A DNA stretch of 64,000 nucleotides, taken from an uncultured delta proteobacterium (lineage in GTDB: Bacteria > Myxococcota_A > Polyangia > Fen-1088). The position numbers and the translations under genes are program-made. The stretch lies in NCBI GenBank assembly GCA_963767925.1, contig CAVYGB010000002.1:1120001-1184000 (forward strand), in the 5' to 3' direction. Below are positions 59,842 through 64,000 of the stretch, in pieces. Numbering within the stretch: position 1 is the stretch's first letter; each line of letters begins with the position of its first letter. The notes beneath the pieces were generated by a model, which saw nothing but the letters and a program-made list of their open reading frames with translations, had not been told where the DNA came from and ran no database searches.

Positions 59842-61518
59842 TCAGGAAGGGCCGGCGGCTTTCGGGCGGTGGCCCTGGCCGTAGATGACCTGGCCGGGGC
59901 GGGCGCCCGTGTGTTTGCCGCCGTCGAGGACGACCTTGCCGCCGACGATCACGTACGACACGCCGGTGGCGTACTGGTGGGGCTTTTCGAAGGTGGCCTT
60001 GTCGATGATGCGGCCGGGGTCGAACACGGTGACGTCGCCCCACTGCCCGGGGCGGAGCAGGCCGCGGTCGTAGACCCGCACCTTGGCGGTGTTGGCGGAG
60101 GTCATCTTTCGGATCGCCTCCTCGAGGCTGATGACCTTCTCCTCGCGCACGTAGCGGCCCAGCACCCGGGGGAAGGTGCCGTAGTAGCGCGGGTGGGGGT
60201 GGCCGGCGGCCAGGGGGCCTTCGGTCTTCAGGGCGCCGCCGTCCGAGCCGATCGACACGAAGGGCTGCTTGAGGGCGTATTGCATGTCCTTCTCGGCGTG
60301 GTGAAAGTAGACCGTCGGCACCGATCCGCCGTTGTCGATCAGGACCCGGAAGAACACGTCGAAGGGCTGGCCCCCCAGGGTGGCGATGACCTCGCTCATC
60401 CGCTTGCCCTGGAACTTCTTGTATTCGGGGTTCCGCAGCGACACCAGCAACATGCCCTGCCAGGAGCCGGTGGCGGTGTAGTGGTTGTACCAGCCGGGGA
60501 TGCCGGTCTCGATCTCCTTCTGGATGCGGGCCCGCTGCGCCGGATCCTTCAAGCGGGCCACCAGCGCCGCCGAGCCCCCCTCGTGCGCCCAGGGCGGCAC
60601 GATGGTGCCGAGGTCGTTCTGCCCTGCCGTGTACGGGTAGACGTTCGCCTCGACGAGGGCGCCGGCCGCCCGGGCCGCGGCGACCTTCTCGATCAGCTTG
60701 GGCATCTGGCCCCACAGGGTGTTCTCGGAGATCTTGATGTGGATGATGTCGACCGGGACCTTGGCCCGGCGGCCGATCTCCATGGCCTCGTCCGCCGCCT
60801 TGAACACGTCGAGCCCTTCGTGCCGCATGTGGGTCGAGTAGATGCCGCCGGCGGGCGCCGCCGCCTCGCACATCGCCACCAGGGTGTCGGTGTCGATCCA
60901 GGAGCCGGGCGGACCCGACAGGGAGCTGGCCACCCCCAGGGCGCCGTCGGCCATGGCCTGGCGGACGTGGCCCCGCATGCGGTCGAGCTCGGCCTTGCTG
61001 GGCTTGCCGCCCTTGCTGCCCCGAACCTCGGTCCAGATCTGCGACGACCCGACGTAAGAGCCGATGTTGATCGAGGTGCCGCCGGCCAGCACCTTGCTCC
61101 AGTAGTCGCGGAAGGTCGGGAAGTCCTTGCTGGGGGCGGCCGATCCGCCCTCGCCCAGGATCACCGAGGTCACGCCCTGGTGGATCATGCTCTGGGCGTC
61201 GCCGTCGACAAGGATGCTGCTGTCCGAGTGGTTGTGCATGTCGACGAACCCGGGCGCCACGATCAGCCCCTTGGCGTCGATGACCCGCGCGGCCGTCCGG
61301 CCCTGCAGGTTGCCCACCGCCGCCACCTTGCCCTGGCGAATCCCCACGTCGCCGACGTACGAAGGATTGCCGGTGCCATCGACAACCCGCCCGTTCTTCA
61401 CCAGCAGGTCGAAGTCGCCTCCCGCCGGGCCTTGCGCGCGGGCGGTGCCCGGGTCTGCCCACCCGAGAACGAAGGCCGAGACGAACGCGATCCCCTGGAC
61501 GGCAAGGTGGTTGCGCAT
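59842..61518 (-). CDS. N-acyl-D-amino-acid deacylase (amidohydrolase)
   Basis: PGFVDMHNHSD, HMR, IGSDG, HPRYYGTFPR; signal peptide. Confidence 0.92.
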   Translation of the reverse strand: MRNHLAVQGIAFVSAFVLGWADPGTARAQGPAGGDFDLLVKNGRVVDGTGNPSYVGDVGIRQGKVAAVGNLQGRTAARVIDAKGLIVAPGFVDMHNHSDSSILVDGDAQSMIHQGVTSVILGEGGSAAPSKDFPTFRDYWSKVLAGGTSINIGSYVGSSQIWTEVRGSKGGKPSKAELDRMRGHVRQAMADGALGVASSLSGPPGSWIDTDTLVAMCEAAAPAGGIYSTHMRHEGLDVFKAADEAMEIGRRAKVPVDIIHIKISENTLWGQMPKLIEKVAAARAAGALVEANVYPYTAGQNDLGTIVPPWAHEGGSAALVARLKDPAQRARIQKEIETGIPGWYNHYTATGSWQGMLLVSLRNPEYKKFQGKRMSEVIATLGGQPFDVFFRVLIDNGGSVPTVYFHHAEKDMQYALKQPFVSIGSDGGALKTEGPLAAGHPHPRYYGTFPRVLGRYVREEKVISLEEAIRKMTSANTAKVRVYDRGLLRPGQWGDVTVFDPGRIIDKATFEKPHQYATGVSYVIVGGKVVLDGGKHTGARPGQVIYGQGHRPKAAGPS

Positions 61519-61676
61519 GGTCGGCGAGCGTAGGAGGCCTGCCAGTCCTCCGCAATACCGGAGTCGCTCCCTGACCTGGCCTTTACCTGCCGGCTGGCGC
61601 GTCAGCCGGGAGCACCGTGGCGGCGCGGCGGGGGGCCTTCCACCGGGCGGGCAAGGCGCTTAAAGTTCGCCAGACC

Positions 61677-62264
61677 GTGCGCTTCTTGCTTCCTGCCCTG
61701 CTCGTCCTGCTGGCTTACGTGGCCGGGTCGTTCCCGACCGGGGTGATCCTGGCCCGGGCGCGGGGGGTGGATCTGCGCAAGGTCGGCAGCGGCAACATCG
61801 GCGCGACGAACGTGGGGCGCGCGCTCGGACGGCCGTTCGGGGTGCTGGTGCTGCTGGTCGATGCGGCCAAGGGGTTTCTGCCGGTGTTCCTGGCCCGCCA
61901 GCTCGGGCAGGGGCCCTGGGTGCTGGCGGCGGTGGGGCTGGCGGCCCTGCTGGGGCACAGCTTCAGCGTGTTCTTGCGCGGAAAGGGCGGCAAGAGCGTG
62001 GCCACTGCCCTGGGGGCGGCGCTGGCGCTGGCGCCGCTGGCGGCGCTCGGGTGTCTCGGGATCTATGCGGTCTTGCTGGTGAGCCTGCGGATCTCGTCGA
62101 TCGGGTCGATCAGTGGGGTGCTCGCGTTTCCGGTGCTGGTGTGGCTGCTGGGGCCGCGGGTGCCGGCTTATTACGCGTTCGGGGTTTGCGCGGCGGCGCT
62201 GGTGGTCGTGCGGCACATCGATAATTTGAAGCGGCTGGCGCGGGGGGAAGAGCTCCGGGCCTGA
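61677..62264 (+). CDS. plsY: glycerol-3-phosphate acyltransferase
   Basis: GSGNIGATN, DAAKG, GGKSVAT, RHIDN. Confidence 0.95.
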   Translation: MRFLLPALLVLLAYVAGSFPTGVILARARGVDLRKVGSGNIGATNVGRALGRPFGVLVLLVDAAKGFLPVFLARQLGQGPWVLAAVGLAALLGHSFSVFLRGKGGKSVATALGAALALAPLAALGCLGIYAVLLVSLRISSIGSISGVLAFPVLVWLLGPRVPAYYAFGVCAAALVVVRHIDNLKRLARGEELRA

Positions 62265-62269
62265 GGGGC

Positions 62270-63478
62270 TCAGCGGGCCGCCGACGCGAGGCAGGATTGG
62301 TAGCGCTTGTCGACGGCCTGGGCGAACCAGGCGGTGGAGAGGCGGCGGCTGAGCTTGGGGCTCTCGATGATCACCTGGGGCAAGATGGCGTATTCGGGCT
62401 GGCTGCCGAGCTCTTCGGCGAACACCTTCTTTATCGCCTCGTAGGTGTCCGTGCCCTCGAAGGCCTGCTCCTTCTCCTTGCGGACGTCCTCCTTCAGCCT
62501 CCGGTCGGTCAGTTTGGGATGGTACAGGTCGCGGAAGTGCTGGATGGCGGCCATGGTCTTGCTGGGGTCGTCGGTCGGTTTGCCGTCGCGGCCGTAGGCC
62601 AGCAGGTCGCCGTCGAGGGCCAGCTTGCGGCGGGTGAGGCGGGCGATCTGGGCCTGCACGGCGGCGTTGCGGCTGGCGTAGACCCCGGCGTTGTAGTCGG
62701 CGAAGCGGAACACCATCTTCGTGTAGGCGGCCAGGTGGCCGAACAGGCGGGCGGTGCCGTAGTAGACCCCGCCCTCCCGGGTGTAGAGGGCGTCGCGCAC
62801 GCCCGACGGCTGGCCGTGGTGCTCGCGCGCCCAGGTCTCGGCGAAGTCGACGCTGACCTGCATCGGGCCCGCGGTCGTGATCGGGTTCAGGTCGGAGAGG
62901 CTGCGCAGGTCGAACAGCCGGCCGGCCAGGTTGGCCGCCCCGAAGGCGCCCGGGTGGGCGCTCTCGTAGTAGGCCAGCAGGTCGCGAAAGGTGAGGTCGA
63001 GATCCCGCTCGGTGCGGACCTGCTGCAACCGCTCCTCGAAGGTGCGGGGGTCGGCGGGGGCGCGCGCCGCCAGCAGCCGGCGGAACACCGGGCGGCCGAG
63101 GGGGCCCAGGTGCTCCTGGTACTTCTCGATCCGGGCGTCGACAACCTTGGCCAGGCCGGGCACCACCGGATCGTGGCGAAAGCCCGACTCCTGGGCGATG
63201 AGCGCCACAACCGCGCAGACCGCCGTCGCCTCGGCGTCGATGCTGTTGGCCTGCAGGGCATCGGCAATCGCCTTGGCCCAGGCCGGCCGGTCGTTCACCT
63301 TCGGGCTGATGAGGGCGGCGATCTCCGATGGCCCCAGCCGCGGCTGCGGCGCCGCCCCCGGCCAGGCCCCGCCCGGCTGGCGCCCGCCCGAGCACCCCCC
63401 GCCGCCGGCCACCGCGAGCGCACACGCCACGCCGCCGAGCACGACGCGTTCAGCCAAGAATCTGCCCGGCAGCCGCAC
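62270..63478 (-). CDS. DUF1615 (YaiW-like) lipoprotein
   Basis: QESGF, NPITTAGPMQV, RFADYNAG.YASRNAA, SPKL. Confidence 0.85.
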   Translation of the reverse strand: MRLPGRFLAERVVLGGVACALAVAGGGGCSGGRQPGGAWPGAAPQPRLGPSEIAALISPKVNDRPAWAKAIADALQANSIDAEATAVCAVVALIAQESGFRHDPVVPGLAKVVDARIEKYQEHLGPLGRPVFRRLLAARAPADPRTFEERLQQVRTERDLDLTFRDLLAYYESAHPGAFGAANLAGRLFDLRSLSDLNPITTAGPMQVSVDFAETWAREHHGQPSGVRDALYTREGGVYYGTARLFGHLAAYTKMVFRFADYNAGVYASRNAAVQAQIARLTRRKLALDGDLLAYGRDGKPTDDPSKTMAAIQHFRDLYHPKLTDRRLKEDVRKEKEQAFEGTDTYEAIKKVFAEELGSQPEYAILPQVIIESPKLSRRLSTAWFAQAVDKRYQSCLASAAR

Positions 63479-63615
63479 CCTCCGAGCTTGCCAGACCCCC
63501 TCGGTCCGAGCCCACTTCCCGACCCCATTTCGCCCCGGGCGTGCGATCGCGCGCGTGGATCCCTAGGGACCGGAACCCATCTGCCGCTCGCTCCGCGCCC
63601 GCGGCGTGCGAGCCG

Positions 63616-64000
63616 TTACCGTGCGGCGCGCATGCCGGCGTCGCGCAGGAGCGCCTGGTCGGCGGCGGTGTCGGGGTTGCCGGTGGTGAGCAGCTTCTCG
63701 CCGTAGAAGATCGAGTTGGCGCCGGCGAGCAGGCACAGGAGCTGCGCCTCGCGCGACAGCTCGAGGCGGCCGGCCGAGAGGCGCACCTTCGACGGCGGGC
63801 ATCACGATGCGGGCGGTGGCGATCATGCGCACCAGCTCGACGGGATCGACCGGCGGCCGGTCGGCCAGCGGCGTGCCCTCGACGGGGACCAGGGCGTTGA
63901 TCGGCACGCTCTCGGGGTGCGGGTCGAGGTTGGCCAGGGTCGCCAGCATCGCGCAGCGGTCGCCGACCGACTCGCCCATGCCGATGATGCCGCCCGCAGC
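63616..64000 (-). CDS. bioB: biotin synthase, 3' part, apparent +1 frameshift ~63793
   Basis: [15 protein letters not shown], then [22 protein letters not shown] in a shifted frame. Confidence 0.93.

Overview
Very GC-rich bacterial chromosomal window. Gene content (ExbB with paired ExbD, many lipoproteins, Uma2, four-helix-bundle gene) suggests Myxococcota; this is inference. Housekeeping genes: serS, comM-recA-ssb, hisB-H-A-F-IE, a DinG helicase, plsY and the 3' end of bioB. There are two TonB/ExbB/ExbD2 operons; the first carries a TonB-dependent receptor, a surface lipoprotein and Pho-box-like repeats. Accessory genes include a neprosin-like peptidase beside a glutaminyl cyclase, two ECF/anti-sigma pairs, a Phd-VapC TA pair and a caspase-fold protein coupled to an exported FGE-domain protein. 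Most notable structures: (1) a four-helix-bundle (23S-IVP/Avd-like) cassette bounded by ~45-bp inverted repeats built on (GGGAAC)5, interrupted antisense by a 5'-truncated group II intron with an intact RT; (2) a structured RNA candidate with c-di-AMP (ydaO) riboswitch-like motifs facing the 3' end of comM-recA-ssb; (3) a three-copy family of inverted-repeat elements with internal tandem amplification. Single-base frameshifts in several conserved genes look like long-read indel errors. All calls come from motif recognition by eye; no searches were run.
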